Part shown: piece by piece, positions 7,173 through 16,729 of the stretch
Position numbering within the stretch: position 1 is the first letter of the stretch
Layout: the number at the start of each line of letters is the position of its first letter
Source of the DNA: Ignavibacteriales bacterium
Lineage (GTDB): Bacteria; Bacteroidota; Ignavibacteria; UBA10030; UBA6906
Reading direction: 5' to 3'
NCBI GenBank assembly: GCA_037441705.1
Contig: JBBIRR010000060.1
Location: 1 to 20,023, forward strand
DNA length: 20,023 nt
Made by a program: the position numbers and the translations under genes
Notes under the pieces: model-generated
Seen by the model: only the letters and a program-made list of their open reading frames with translations
Database searches by the model: none
What the model was told of the DNA's origin: nothing

Positions 7173-8321
7173 TAATGAGGCGCCGCCGCCAAATTGTTTC
7201 TTGCCGGCTTCGAACGCTCGCACCGCCTCCTTCTGCGCGGTGAACCGATCGTACAGCACGATGGCATTGACAGGAACTTCTTCCGGAATCTGCAGTGGAA
7301 CTTTGGTAAAGGTGAAGCCCGTCTTCTTCGGCCGCAGGATGTGCATCGTTGCGACGGAGAAGAGTATGAGAGTGAATCCCAGAATGATCAACGCATGCTC
7401 GAGCGGAACCGATTGGTAGTAGTAGCGCGTCGTTGCCAGTGTCAGTCCCTCAACAACCAATCCGACCCGCAGCAGGGTGCGGTCACGCACGATCAATCCC
7501 GCAACGACATAGAGGATCGGAACACACAGCGTGAACACATAACTCACGGATGCAAGAACGGCAAAGGTTCCCGCTCGATCGAATCCCGGCACGCCGAGGA
7601 TATGCTGCAGTACAAACGTATTGCCGGCGAGATAGAACGACATGAGCGAAAGAATTCCCAACCACGTCAGACAATCTGCCCACGGCGAGAGCGCATGCCG
7701 GGCGTGGGTGTTTCGCTGCCACGCGTAAACCGCCGCGGAGAGACCCATCAAGACGAGGGGAAGGGGATACCTGCCTCCAACAGTGTCGTACATCAGGTAT
7801 GCGGCCAGTAACAGACCAACGAACGCCGCCGCAGCAGCGAGCCGATCAACATATCGGATTGCAGCGATAATGAAAAGCGGAAGAGCGATGAGCGCCGTGC
7901 CCAAAAGCGCGCTCGCCGGCAGCAGTTCTCGCATCAACCTGTCGGTGCCGACGAGGATCAATGCAAGTCCGAGGTGAAGCAGTGCGTCATCCACTCCTGC
8001 GCGGAAGGGCTTTTTCAGCCGGACAAGAACTTCAAGGACGACGATGCAGAGAAGACCGGTGAGCAGCGAGTGTGCCGGCGTGGCTTCGCCAAGTTCACCC
8101 GGGAAGGCGTGGACACCGATAAAGAACATTGCGGCAACGGCAATGCACGTGAACAGGTAGAGGGTTAGACGTTCGGGCGTACGCGGCACGTAGAGCGGAT
8201 TCAGGAATGCAGCGCGAATAATTTTCAGTTGCTCATCCGTGATCATCCGACTTCGAGCGAGCCGCTCGGCGTCGCGAATCATTGACCATGCTTCGAGCCA
8301 GTATGGGTGATAGGCGAGCAT
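7164..8321 (-). CDS. Multi-pass membrane protein (385 aa), typical partner of DUF2157 proteins
   Basis: Start reassigned to MLAYHPYW (ATG overlaps the upstream TGA). About 10-11 hydrophobic segments, GVDDALL motif and Gly-rich C-terminus FGGGASLGW. Confidence 0.75.
   Translation of the reverse strand: MLAYHPYWLEAWSMIRDAERLARSRMITDEQLKIIRAAFLNPLYVPRTPERLTLYLFTCIAVAAMFFIGVHAFPGELGEATPAHSLLTGLLCIVVLEVLVRLKKPFRAGVDDALLHLGLALILVGTDRLMRELLPASALLGTALIALPLFIIAAIRYVDRLAAAAAFVGLLLAAYLMYDTVGGRYPLPLVLMGLSAAVYAWQRNTHARHALSPWADCLTWLGILSLMSFYLAGNTFVLQHILGVPGFDRAGTFAVLASVSYVFTLCVPILYVVAGLIVRDRTLLRVGLVVEGLTLATTRYYYQSVPLEHALIILGFTLILFSVATMHILRPKKTGFTFTKVPLQIPEEVPVNAIVLYDRFTAQKEAVRAFEAGKKQFGGGASLGW
8305..8320 (-). 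repeat. Right arm of imperfect inverted repeat (partner at 7157-7172)
   Basis: Plus strand GGGTGATAGGCGAGCA, covering the first codons of the membrane gene. Confidence 0.6.
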
Positions 8322-9256
8322 CAACCCTCCGTGAATGTTTTCCGAAACGAGAACAGCCCCACGACGACCGCGGCGCATGACACGATGATGTACGCCAGTT
8401 GAACAGACGGATCGGCAATCCCTTTGCTGACGAGATACGCGGCGCCCAGGTAGCCGTAGATGCAGCTTGTCAGAAGCGCGGCAAAGGAGCGAGTGCGACG
8501 TGCGTATGCCGTACCCGCGTAGCAGAGCAACAGGATGATAAGGACAAAGAGCAGCTTCTCGGTATCGGTCACAAGTCCGGCAAGCGCGGCAAGGAACATA
8601 AAGTGACCGGCCCCCAGCATGAATGCGTTCGTGAAGTGTTTCTTGATATTGAGATATTGCTGGAACGAGCCGATGACGGCTAATAGCCCACCATAAGCGA
8701 ATCCGACGGAGATCAACTCCGTCCGCACGATGTAGCCCTGCATCATCAGCGAAAGCGGCGAGACGGTCAGCCCGATGGCGAGGCCGATGCCCACGAAGGC
8801 AAGACCCAGCGCTCCGCGGTGATCGTATCGGTACGCAACGACGAGAAACACACCTCCGCATACGAGGGCCACCAACTGCCAGGCCGACCCGAAGGGGGCG
8901 TACGCATACTCCCAGAACCCGACAGCGACGGCGAACAGAATGCATCCAATTGTGACATACACACTTGATGCGCCAGCCGGCTCCGACGCGGTACTACGAT
9001 GTTGAGCGGAGAGAAAGGCGGTTCCGGAAAGAACGAACAGAAGCGCGATGAGAATGCTCTGTCCGGTTGTGTTGATGGTGCCGTATGCGAACGCGATCAT
9101 GCCGGCAAGAAGTGAACCTGCCCCAACCCATAGGATCCACCGCAGCTCATCATGCAGCGAGAAGACCTCGTTCGATACAACCCGCGCAATGCGTTCCTTT
9201 TGCTCTCGCGTGATGAAGTGGAGATGGTAAAGATACTCCAGCGATTCTCTGTTCAT
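8321..9256 (-). CDS. DUF2157-like multi-pass membrane protein (311 aa)
   Basis: N-terminal ITREQ...VFSLHDELRWILWVG pattern recalled for DUF2157 proteins, followed by about 10 TM segments. Start at MNRESL avoids overlap with xdhA. Confidence 0.7.
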   Translation of the reverse strand: MNRESLEYLYHLHFITREQKERIARVVSNEVFSLHDELRWILWVGAGSLLAGMIAFAYGTINTTGQSILIALLFVLSGTAFLSAQHRSTASEPAGASSVYVTIGCILFAVAVGFWEYAYAPFGSAWQLVALVCGGVFLVVAYRYDHRGALGLAFVGIGLAIGLTVSPLSLMMQGYIVRTELISVGFAYGGLLAVIGSFQQYLNIKKHFTNAFMLGAGHFMFLAALAGLVTDTEKLLFVLIILLLCYAGTAYARRTRSFAALLTSCIYGYLGAAYLVSKGIADPSVQLAYIIVSCAAVVVGLFSFRKTFTEG

Positions 9257-9287
9257 GTCGGTTACACGTGCTGCAAGAGGTTGTCGT

Positions 9288-10763
9288 TCATCCGTGAGGC
9301 TCAACGCGCGTCCGTTCGTGCTTCGCTCCATCAAATCCCTGCTGCGCGTCACTCCAGAATTTCAGGAGTAGATTTCGTGCGGCGACCCGCCGAAACTCGG
9401 CACTGCCCCGAGCATCCGTAATCGGCGTGAAGTCGCCGTCGATCACGTCCATCGCTTGCTCTACAAGCTCTCGCGACCAGAAACGTCCGAGCAGAAAACG
9501 TTCGGCGCGGCTTGCGCGTTGAACTTTCTCTGCCATGCCCCCGTATGCCAGGACGACATCATTCACTCTTCCTTCTCCATCAAGTTCCAGTCGGAATCCT
9601 GCGCTTACGGTTGAGATGTCGAGGTCTCTTCGTTTCGAGACCTTGTACCATCGAATCAGCACGTGCGGTTCCGGCTTTGGAAGCACGACGGCCGTGATCA
9701 GTTCATCCGGTTCGCGGATGGTTGTGCGATAGCCGATGACAAATTCGTCGAGAGAAACCTCGCGCGTTCGCGTTGTATTCTGAAGGACAACTCGTGCCCG
9801 ATGGGGGATAAGGGCGGACAGCGTATCGCCGATGGGGGAGGCGGATCCAAGGTTGCCGCCAAGGGTCGCAAGATTGCGTATCTGCAGTGAACCGAAGACC
9901 TCCAGCGTTTGCGCAAGCGCGGGAAAGTCACGCGCAACATCTCGTTGCACATCGCTGAGAACGACGCCGGCCCCGATGCGAAGAGCCGTGCCGTTATCTT
10001 CGATCCTTTTCAACTCATCAACCAGCGAGAGATCCAGAACGATCGGCAGCAGCTCGTGGCCCTTCGTTACGCGGAGGGCAACGTCCGTTGCCCCGCACAC
10101 GACGACTGCATCCGGATGCTCGCGCTTGAATGCGAGTGCCTCCTGCACTGTTGTCGGCTGAACATACAGTTGCGCGGCGGTGTGCACACGGCCGGACTCG
10201 CGGGAGATCGACCGCAGGAGTCGTGTGATCTCTTCTTCGGTGGGGGAAAGCTCATCAATACCGTGATGAACACACGCGTGTGCTGCCGCCTCCACGATGG
10301 GCCTGTATCCTGTGCAGCGACACAAGTTGCCGGTGAGGGCATCGTCAATCGTCTGCCGATCCGGCTGATGGTGATTCTTGTAGAGCGCAAACAGCGACAT
10401 GATGATGCCCGGCGTGCAATACCCGCATTGACTGCCGCCGGACTCGACCATCGCCTGCTGCACAGGATGCAGCTGCCCTGCCTTCAGATTCTCAACGGTG
10501 ATGACCTGCTTACCGTGAACCATCGGCAGGAAGACAAGGCACGAATCAACAGCTCGATATCGCAGCTTGTTCTCCTGCCCGGGTTCGGCCAGCACAACGG
10601 TACAGGCACCGCAATCGCCTTCTGCGCATCCCTCCTTCACGCCTGTGTGTGCAGGTAAGCTACGCAAATAATTTAGAAGTGTTGTGGTGGGCGTAACAGA
10701 ATTGCCGGGGAAGCTTTCGGTGACAACACGACCATCAAGAACGAATGATACTGACGAACGCAT
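9288..10763 (-). CDS. xdhA: Xanthine dehydrogenase small subunit (2x[2Fe-2S] plus FAD)
   Basis: GVKEGCAEGDCGACTV, GSQCGYCTPG, GNLCRCTGYRPI, QIRNLATLGGNLGSASPIGD and YKVSKRRDLDIS. RBS CAGGAG upstream of ATG 10763. Confidence 0.95.
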   Translation of the reverse strand: MRSSVSFVLDGRVVTESFPGNSVTPTTTLLNYLRSLPAHTGVKEGCAEGDCGACTVVLAEPGQENKLRYRAVDSCLVFLPMVHGKQVITVENLKAGQLHPVQQAMVESGGSQCGYCTPGIIMSLFALYKNHHQPDRQTIDDALTGNLCRCTGYRPIVEAAAHACVHHGIDELSPTEEEITRLLRSISRESGRVHTAAQLYVQPTTVQEALAFKREHPDAVVVCGATDVALRVTKGHELLPIVLDLSLVDELKRIEDNGTALRIGAGVVLSDVQRDVARDFPALAQTLEVFGSLQIRNLATLGGNLGSASPIGDTLSALIPHRARVVLQNTTRTREVSLDEFVIGYRTTIREPDELITAVVLPKPEPHVLIRWYKVSKRRDLDISTVSAGFRLELDGEGRVNDVVLAYGGMAEKVQRASRAERFLLGRFWSRELVEQAMDVIDGDFTPITDARGSAEFRRVAARNLLLKFWSDAQQGFDGAKHERTRVEPHG

Positions 10764-10827
10764 CGCTACTCCTGTTGGGAAGGATGTTCGCGCGTAGTTC
10801 GAGGAGGGATTTCTCGAATTCTGATGG

Positions 10828-10856
10828 AAACTAACCAAAATCATCGTTACTATCAA
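10828..10856 (-). promoter_or_regulatory. Putative sigma70-type promoter for the xdhA operon
   Basis: Minus strand TTGATA-N17-TAGTTT in the AT-rich divergent intergenic region. Confidence 0.55.
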
Positions 10857-10905
10857 ATAAGACGAACCGTGATGGGTGACGGACGTTCCCTACAGCAGTG
10901 TGTCC

Positions 10906-11874
10906 ATGCAAAGAGAAGTTTGTGAGTTCATACACGCGCATCTCCAACGGCACGAACCCGTGACGCTTGTAGCCGTTGTCGAGAGCCACGGGGCTTCGCC
11001 GGGCAGGGCGGGATTTGCCATGGCGGTGAGTGCTTCGGGCAAACATGCCGGGACGATTGGCGGAGGCGTCATGGAAATGCAGTGGACGGAGCGGGCGATC
11101 GCCGCAGCACGGGCAGCGCAGCCCGGAGCTTCGTTCGTCAAGAAACTCTTTCACTCACGCGATACGCAGTTCGAACCCTCAGGACTGATCTGCTCGGGTT
11201 GGCAAACACTGCTGCTGAAGCGTTTGGACGAGGATGCGCTGCCGGTTGTGGCATCCATCCGCGAAACATTCCACCGGCACGAATGCGGCCGAATCCGGAT
11301 AACGCCTACGGAGTTTACCTTCGCGGCGAATCAGCGCGGCCCGCAGGACTCGACCTTCGCCTATACGGACGAACAGCACTGGGTCTATGAGCAGGCTGTT
11401 GGTGTCCTGGATACGGTGTATGTTGTCGGCAGCGGGCATGTGGGCCTGGCCTTGTGCCGCGTGCTGGCGACGCTGGATGTCCGTGTTGTTGTGTTTGATG
11501 ATCGGCCGGATGTGGAGACGTTCGTCAAGAATTCTTCTGCCCATCAGAAAATCCTCTGCGCGTACGGTGAAGTGGGAGGATGGATACAGGGAAACGACCG
11601 TGAGTACGTCGCTGTCGTAACGGCGGGCTACAAAAGCGATGAAGCGGCGTTGCAATCTCTTGTGAACAAGCAAGTGAGATATATTGGCTTGATGGGAAGT
11701 CCGGCGAAGACGATGCAAATCTTCAACGACCTTCGGGCTGAAGGTATTGGTGAGGACTTCCTGAACCGCATTCACGCGCCCATCGGCCTCCCGATTGCGA
11801 GTCATACCCCGGCAGAAATCGCCGTCAGCATTGCTGCCGAGATCATTCAGATAAAAAACCGCGCGCCTGCATGA
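10906..11874 (+). CDS. xdhC: XdhC/CoxI family molybdenum cofactor insertion accessory protein
   Basis: VVESHGASPGRAGFAM, GTIGGG, SGLICSG, Rossmann-like VVGSGHVG, YIGLMGS and IHAPIGLPIASHTPAEIAVSIAAEII. Start is ATG 10906 or GTG 10876. Confidence 0.92.
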   Translation: MQREVCEFIHAHLQRHEPVTLVAVVESHGASPGRAGFAMAVSASGKHAGTIGGGVMEMQWTERAIAAARAAQPGASFVKKLFHSRDTQFEPSGLICSGWQTLLLKRLDEDALPVVASIRETFHRHECGRIRITPTEFTFAANQRGPQDSTFAYTDEQHWVYEQAVGVLDTVYVVGSGHVGLALCRVLATLDVRVVVFDDRPDVETFVKNSSAHQKILCAYGEVGGWIQGNDREYVAVVTAGYKSDEAALQSLVNKQVRYIGLMGSPAKTMQIFNDLRAEGIGEDFLNRIHAPIGLPIASHTPAEIAVSIAAEIIQIKNRAPA

Positions 11875-12938
11875 TCAACCTCCGGCAGAATGTTCCTCTC
11901 GCAGAGTACACCACGATCAAACTGGGGGGGAACGCGAGATACTTCGTTACCTGCTCGACGGCGGAGGAAGTTCGCGCAGCGCTCCGGGTCGCGGCCGAGT
12001 ACGGCATGCCGCTGCATGTTCTCGGGGGCGGCAGCAACACGATTTTTCGCGATGAAGGATTCGATGGGCTTGTGCTGAAAGTGGCGATGACGGGCGTTCA
12101 GTTCGTTCGCGAACCGGGGAGTGTCAAGATGGTTGTAGCCGCCGGCGAGGAATGGGACCGGTTCGTTCGTTTCAGTGTGTTGATGGGACTTGCGGGCGTC
12201 GAATGTCTGTCCGGCATCCCGGGTCTTGTGGGCGCCGCGCCGATGCAGAATGTCGGCGCGTACGGGCAGGAAGTTGCCGAAACGATTGCACAGGTGAAAG
12301 CCATCAACCGCGTGACGCTGGATGAAGTGCTGTTTACGAACGAAGAGTGTAAGTTCTCCTATCGCCGAAGTCGCTTCAACGCCGAAGACGTGAACGCGTT
12401 CGTCATCACCGAGGTTACGTTCCGCCTCCGCCCCGACGGGAAACCGACGCTGCGGTACCCCGAGCTTCAGCGGTACGTCGAATCGAGTGTGGACCTTTCC
12501 GCATTGAAGCCGGGCGCCGAACAGCTTGCCGCGGTGCGCGATGCCGTACTGGCGCTTCGCAAGAAGAAGTCCATGGTGATCGATCCCTCCGACCCGAACT
12601 CGCGCTCGGTCGGCTCGTTCTTCAAGAATCCGATTCTTTCGCGCCGGCAATTTGAGGAGATGCAAGCACGCTGCCGCGCCCTCGGCATTGCCGAGGAGAT
12701 TCCGACCTTTCCCTTCCAGAACGATGTGAAGGTTCCGGCGGCGTGGCTTGTGGAGAAGGCAGGTTTCTCAAAAGGACTCAGGAGGGAAGGCGTCGGCGTG
12801 TCTTCCAATCATGCTCTTGCATTGGTGAACGTTGACGGAACCACACGCTCGCTTCTTCGTCTTGCCGAAGAGATCGAAGCAGCGGTGCTTACGCGTTTCG
12901 GTGTGAAACTCGAACGTGAGCCGGTTGTTGTACCATAA
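11871..12938 (+). CDS. murB: UDP-N-acetylmuramate dehydrogenase (MurB)
   Basis: YTTIKLGG, VLGGGSN, LSGIPGLVGAAPMQNVGAYGQE, FSYRRSRF, SVGSFFKNP, HALALVN and LEREP. Confidence 0.96.
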   Translation: MINLRQNVPLAEYTTIKLGGNARYFVTCSTAEEVRAALRVAAEYGMPLHVLGGGSNTIFRDEGFDGLVLKVAMTGVQFVREPGSVKMVVAAGEEWDRFVRFSVLMGLAGVECLSGIPGLVGAAPMQNVGAYGQEVAETIAQVKAINRVTLDEVLFTNEECKFSYRRSRFNAEDVNAFVITEVTFRLRPDGKPTLRYPELQRYVESSVDLSALKPGAEQLAAVRDAVLALRKKKSMVIDPSDPNSRSVGSFFKNPILSRRQFEEMQARCRALGIAEEIPTFPFQNDVKVPAAWLVEKAGFSKGLRREGVGVSSNHALALVNVDGTTRSLLRLAEEIEAAVLTRFGVKLEREPVVVP

Positions 12939-12967
12939 TCCCTTAGCCCGTATCGAAGGACCAGCGC

Positions 12968-14578
12968 ATGAAACATACCCGATTGTTCAGTCTCTTTCTC
13001 GGTGTCATGCTTGCGGCATGCAGTGCCGTGCGCCCGTTGCCCGATGCCTCACGGTCTGCACACTTCGGAGCCGGAGAGGAAAGCGACGCAAAAGAAGTTA
13101 CTCTGCTGCAGCTCAACGACGTGTACGAAATCTCTCCGGTGGAGAATGGACGCTACGGCGGCATGGCTCGTGTCGCAACAATCAGAAAAGAGCTGCTCCG
13201 GGAAAATCCTAACACCTTTACACTCCTCGCGGGCGATTTCATCAGCCCGTCGGCGATCGGCACGGCCGTGTATCAAGGCAAGCGGATCAGCGGGGCGCAG
13301 ATAGTTGCCGCCATGAATGCCGCAGGCGTAGATTACGTCACGTTCGGCAACCATGAGTTTGACCTCGGGTATGAGACGCTCCAGAGCAGAATTAACGAGT
13401 CCGCGTTCACCTGGATTTCTTCCAACATACAATACACTCCATCAGAGGAAGGGGAAGTCAAGCCGTTCTGGAAAGTTGTCAACGGTGTCGAACAGCCTCT
13501 GCCCGAGTATGTCGTGCTGCGTGCGAAGAGCGCAGGGGGAGAGGAACTCCGCATCGGCGTGTTCGGCGTGACGATCGGAACACAGCAGCCGCCGTACGTG
13601 GTGTGGACCGATCCGATGAATGCTGCACAGCGCGCGGTCGAACAGCTCAAGCCGCACGTGGACTTCATCATCGCCGTGACGCATCTCTCTATTGACGAGG
13701 ACAGAAAGCTCGCGTTGCTTCTTCCTGAAGTGAAACTGATCCTGGGCGGGCACGAGCATACCAATATGATGTTCAAAGTCGGCGAGACGCTAATCTCCAA
13801 AGCCGATGCCAACGCTCGCACGGTATTCATCCATCGCCTTCGATGGTCCGCGGCCAAGAAAGCGTTACGGATCACTTCAGAGGTCAGAACGGTTGATCAC
13901 ACCATCGCTGAGGATTCTGCCACCGCTGCGGTTGTGCGCGCATGGACGGCGCGTGCGTACGAAGGTTTCCGCGCGCAGGGGTTCGATCCCGACGAAGTCG
14001 TTGCGACACTTCCCGGGCCGCTTGACGGACGTGAAAGCTCGATCCGCTACCGGCAAACGAACATGGGGGCAACGATTGCGCAAGCGATGCTTGCAGCAGC
14101 AACGAAGGCAACGGTTGCCATCTTCAATAGCGGCTCGATCCGCCTCGACGACGAACTGAGAGGGACGATCACGCAGTATGATGTTATCCGCACACTTCCC
14201 TTCGGTGGAAAGATTGTCGAAGTAGAAATGAAGGGAAGCCTGTTACAGCGGGTGTTGGAAGCAGGCCAGCGCAATGTGGGGCGAGGCGGATATCTCCAGT
14301 ATCAAGGCGTCGAGCAGAACCTTGTTGAAGGCGCGAGGGCGGACGGCTCTTCGCCGTGGCGCATCGCCGGCAAGCCGCTTGATGCAGGGCGGAACTACTG
14401 GGTGATCGTTTCGGACTACCTCTTCTCCGGGAGAGAGCAGGGAATCGAGTTCTTCAAGAACGATCATCCGGACGTCGTTACGATTCTTGAACCGAATGCA
14501 CAGGATGCAGAGGATGTTCGGCGAGACATCCGTCTTGCGGTCATCCGGTACTTGCAGCGGGCAACTTTGAGGAGATGA
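12968..14578 (+). CDS. Bifunctional metallophosphatase/5'-nucleotidase, predicted lipoprotein
   Basis: Lipobox MLAAC. Metallophosphoesterase motifs LNDVYE, AGDF, FGNHEFD, VTHL and GGHEH. C-terminal 5'-nucleotidase domain NSGSIR...LPFGG. Confidence 0.92.
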   Translation: MKHTRLFSLFLGVMLAACSAVRPLPDASRSAHFGAGEESDAKEVTLLQLNDVYEISPVENGRYGGMARVATIRKELLRENPNTFTLLAGDFISPSAIGTAVYQGKRISGAQIVAAMNAAGVDYVTFGNHEFDLGYETLQSRINESAFTWISSNIQYTPSEEGEVKPFWKVVNGVEQPLPEYVVLRAKSAGGEELRIGVFGVTIGTQQPPYVVWTDPMNAAQRAVEQLKPHVDFIIAVTHLSIDEDRKLALLLPEVKLILGGHEHTNMMFKVGETLISKADANARTVFIHRLRWSAAKKALRITSEVRTVDHTIAEDSATAAVVRAWTARAYEGFRAQGFDPDEVVATLPGPLDGRESSIRYRQTNMGATIAQAMLAAATKATVAIFNSGSIRLDDELRGTITQYDVIRTLPFGGKIVEVEMKGSLLQRVLEAGQRNVGRGGYLQYQGVEQNLVEGARADGSSPWRIAGKPLDAGRNYWVIVSDYLFSGREQGIEFFKNDHPDVVTILEPNAQDAEDVRRDIRLAVIRYLQRATLRR

Positions 14579-14653
14579 TCTTCGTACACCCGTGTGGTCG
14601 TTTGGTTCATGCCTTCATCATTCATCACTCACTCAAACAACAAGGAATACACT

Positions 14654-16708
14654 ATGCATGCTTATCTTTCGGCGGTCCTTCGCTCAACGCTTGTGTGCCT
14701 GAGCCTCACGCTTGCACTGCACACGACGTTTTCTCAAAGCGGTTACCAACAGGCAAAGCCGCTGGACCCCGTGAACTTTGATACGACGGTTGCGCCGTGT
14801 CAGGACTTCTATCGCTATGCCAACGGCGGCTGGCTCGATGTCAATCCGGTGCCGCCGCAGTACAGCAACTGGGGAAGTTTTGGCGAGCTGACCGAGCGCA
14901 ACAACGAGATTCTTCATACCATTCTCGAAGAAGCTGCCGCGCGTACGGACGCGCCGCGCGGCAGTGCAGCTCAGCTCGTTGGCGATTTCTACGTGAGCGG
15001 AATGGATTCGCTGCGCGCGGATGCCGAGGGCATCACCCCGCTGAAAACCGAGTTAGAGCGGATTGCACGCGTGCGGACATTTGCCGACCTGCAGGCGGGG
15101 CTTGTTCGCCTCCATCTGACCTCAGGGAATCCGATCTTCGCGCTCGTCTCGCAGCCGGACTTCAAGAACAGCGAGATGATGATTGCCAGTATTGATCAGT
15201 CGGGATTGACACTGCCCGACCGGGACTACTATGTGAAGGACGACGCTCGGTACGTCCACGTACGGGATGAGTTTGCGAAGTATATGGTGAAGATGTTCAC
15301 GATGCTGGGCGATAAGCAGTCCGATGCCGAAGCCCATGCTGCAACGGTTATGGCGATCGAAACGAGACTGGCAAAAGCCTCGATGGCCCGCGTGGACTTG
15401 CGAAGCGCCGAAAAAGTCTATCATAAGATGACCCTTGCCGAGTTGAAGAAGATTGTTCCGGCCATGCATTGGGAGCGCTACTTCGACGGGATGGGTGTGA
15501 GGGGACTGCGCGATGTGAACGTGTCGCAACCCGAGTTCATGAAGGAAGTGAATGCCATGCTGAAGGAGGTGGGGATCGAGCAATGGAAAGCGTACTTGCG
15601 GTGGCAGTTGGCTGACGCCGCAGCGCCGTACCTGAGCCGCCCGTTTGTTGATGCACACTTTCAGTTTCACGGCACGGTGCTGAACGGGCAGAGAGAACTG
15701 CAGCCGCGCTGGAAGCGCGTCCTGCGCACCATTGATCGTCTGGTCGGCGATGCGTTGGGCCAGATGTACACCGAGCGCGCGTTCAAGCCCGAAGCGAAAG
15801 CGCGTGCGTTGGAGATGGTCAGAAATCTGCAGGCGGCGTTCCGCGAGCGTCTGCAATCGCTGGAATGGATGGGCGATGAGACTCGCCGCAAGGCTCTCGA
15901 AAAACTCGATGCGTTCCAGCTCAAGATCGGCTACCCCGACAAATGGAAAAGCTACGACGGCCTTGAGATCAACCGCGGTTCGTATCTCCACAACGTCATG
16001 CGGGCAGGCGAGTACGAGACGAGGCGTCAGCTTGCCAAAGTTGACAAACCGGTGGACCGCACCGAGTGGTTCATGACGCCGTCTACCGTAAACGCGTACT
16101 ACAATCCAACGCAGAACGAGATTGTCTTCCCGGCGGGCATTCTTCAGCCACCCTTTTTCAATCCGCAGGCCGATGATGCGGTCAACTACGGCGGCATGGG
16201 CGCCGTGATCGGGCACGAGATGACGCACGGGTTCGACGATGAGGGAAGGAAGTTTGACGCCAAAGGAAATCTCACCGATTGGTGGACGAAAGAAGACAAC
16301 GATCGCTTCGAGCGGCTGGCAAAGATCGTCGAAGAGCAGTTCGACAATTACGTTGCGATTGACACGCTGCGCGTGAACGGAAAGTTGACGCTCGGCGAGA
16401 ACATCGCCGACCTCGGCGGACTTGCCATCGCATATCATGCATTCACCAAAACGCTTGCGGGCAAGCCGCAGCAGCGCATCGACGGCCTCACGCCGCCGCA
16501 GCGGTTCTTTCTTGCGTGGGCACAGATCTGGCGGCGCAATTACACCGACGCGAATCTGAAGCAACGATTGGTGGTCGATCCTCACTCGCCGAGTAAGTTC
16601 CGCACGAACGGGCCGGTGGCTAACATGCCAAGCTTCTTCGACGCCTTCGGCTGCAGCGCGGGCGATCCGATGGTGCGAGCTTCGAACATGCAGGTGAAGA
16701 TTTGGTAA
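14654..16708 (+). CDS. M13 family (neprilysin/PepO-like) zinc metalloendopeptidase with signal peptide
   Basis: PCQDFYRYANGGW, KIGYPDKW, VNAYY, FPAGILQPPFF, HEMTHGFDD (HExxH), GENIADLGG and DPHSP. RBS AAGGA before ATG 14654. Confidence 0.95.
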   Translation: MHAYLSAVLRSTLVCLSLTLALHTTFSQSGYQQAKPLDPVNFDTTVAPCQDFYRYANGGWLDVNPVPPQYSNWGSFGELTERNNEILHTILEEAAARTDAPRGSAAQLVGDFYVSGMDSLRADAEGITPLKTELERIARVRTFADLQAGLVRLHLTSGNPIFALVSQPDFKNSEMMIASIDQSGLTLPDRDYYVKDDARYVHVRDEFAKYMVKMFTMLGDKQSDAEAHAATVMAIETRLAKASMARVDLRSAEKVYHKMTLAELKKIVPAMHWERYFDGMGVRGLRDVNVSQPEFMKEVNAMLKEVGIEQWKAYLRWQLADAAAPYLSRPFVDAHFQFHGTVLNGQRELQPRWKRVLRTIDRLVGDALGQMYTERAFKPEAKARALEMVRNLQAAFRERLQSLEWMGDETRRKALEKLDAFQLKIGYPDKWKSYDGLEINRGSYLHNVMRAGEYETRRQLAKVDKPVDRTEWFMTPSTVNAYYNPTQNEIVFPAGILQPPFFNPQADDAVNYGGMGAVIGHEMTHGFDDEGRKFDAKGNLTDWWTKEDNDRFERLAKIVEEQFDNYVAIDTLRVNGKLTLGENIADLGGLAIAYHAFTKTLAGKPQQRIDGLTPPQRFFLAWAQIWRRNYTDANLKQRLVVDPHSPSKFRTNGPVANMPSFFDAFGCSAGDPMVRASNMQVKIW

Positions 16709-16729
16709 GCGAACGCCGGAAGGCTCATC

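Noticed and set aside
8322-8945. N-terminal extension of the 593-aa ORF (7164..8945)
   Set aside because: Arg-rich off-frame translation overlapping the DUF2157-like gene. The real start is most plausibly ATG 8321, so no frameshift or fusion is needed.
7126-9287. Mobile element or target-site duplication explaining the insertion between xdhA and xdhB
   Set aside because: The two junctions share only about 5 nt (CACGT), and no transposase or integrase is present.
15122-16585. 487-aa antisense ORF within the M13 peptidase
   Set aside because: Same shadow-frame effect; no domain-like sequence.
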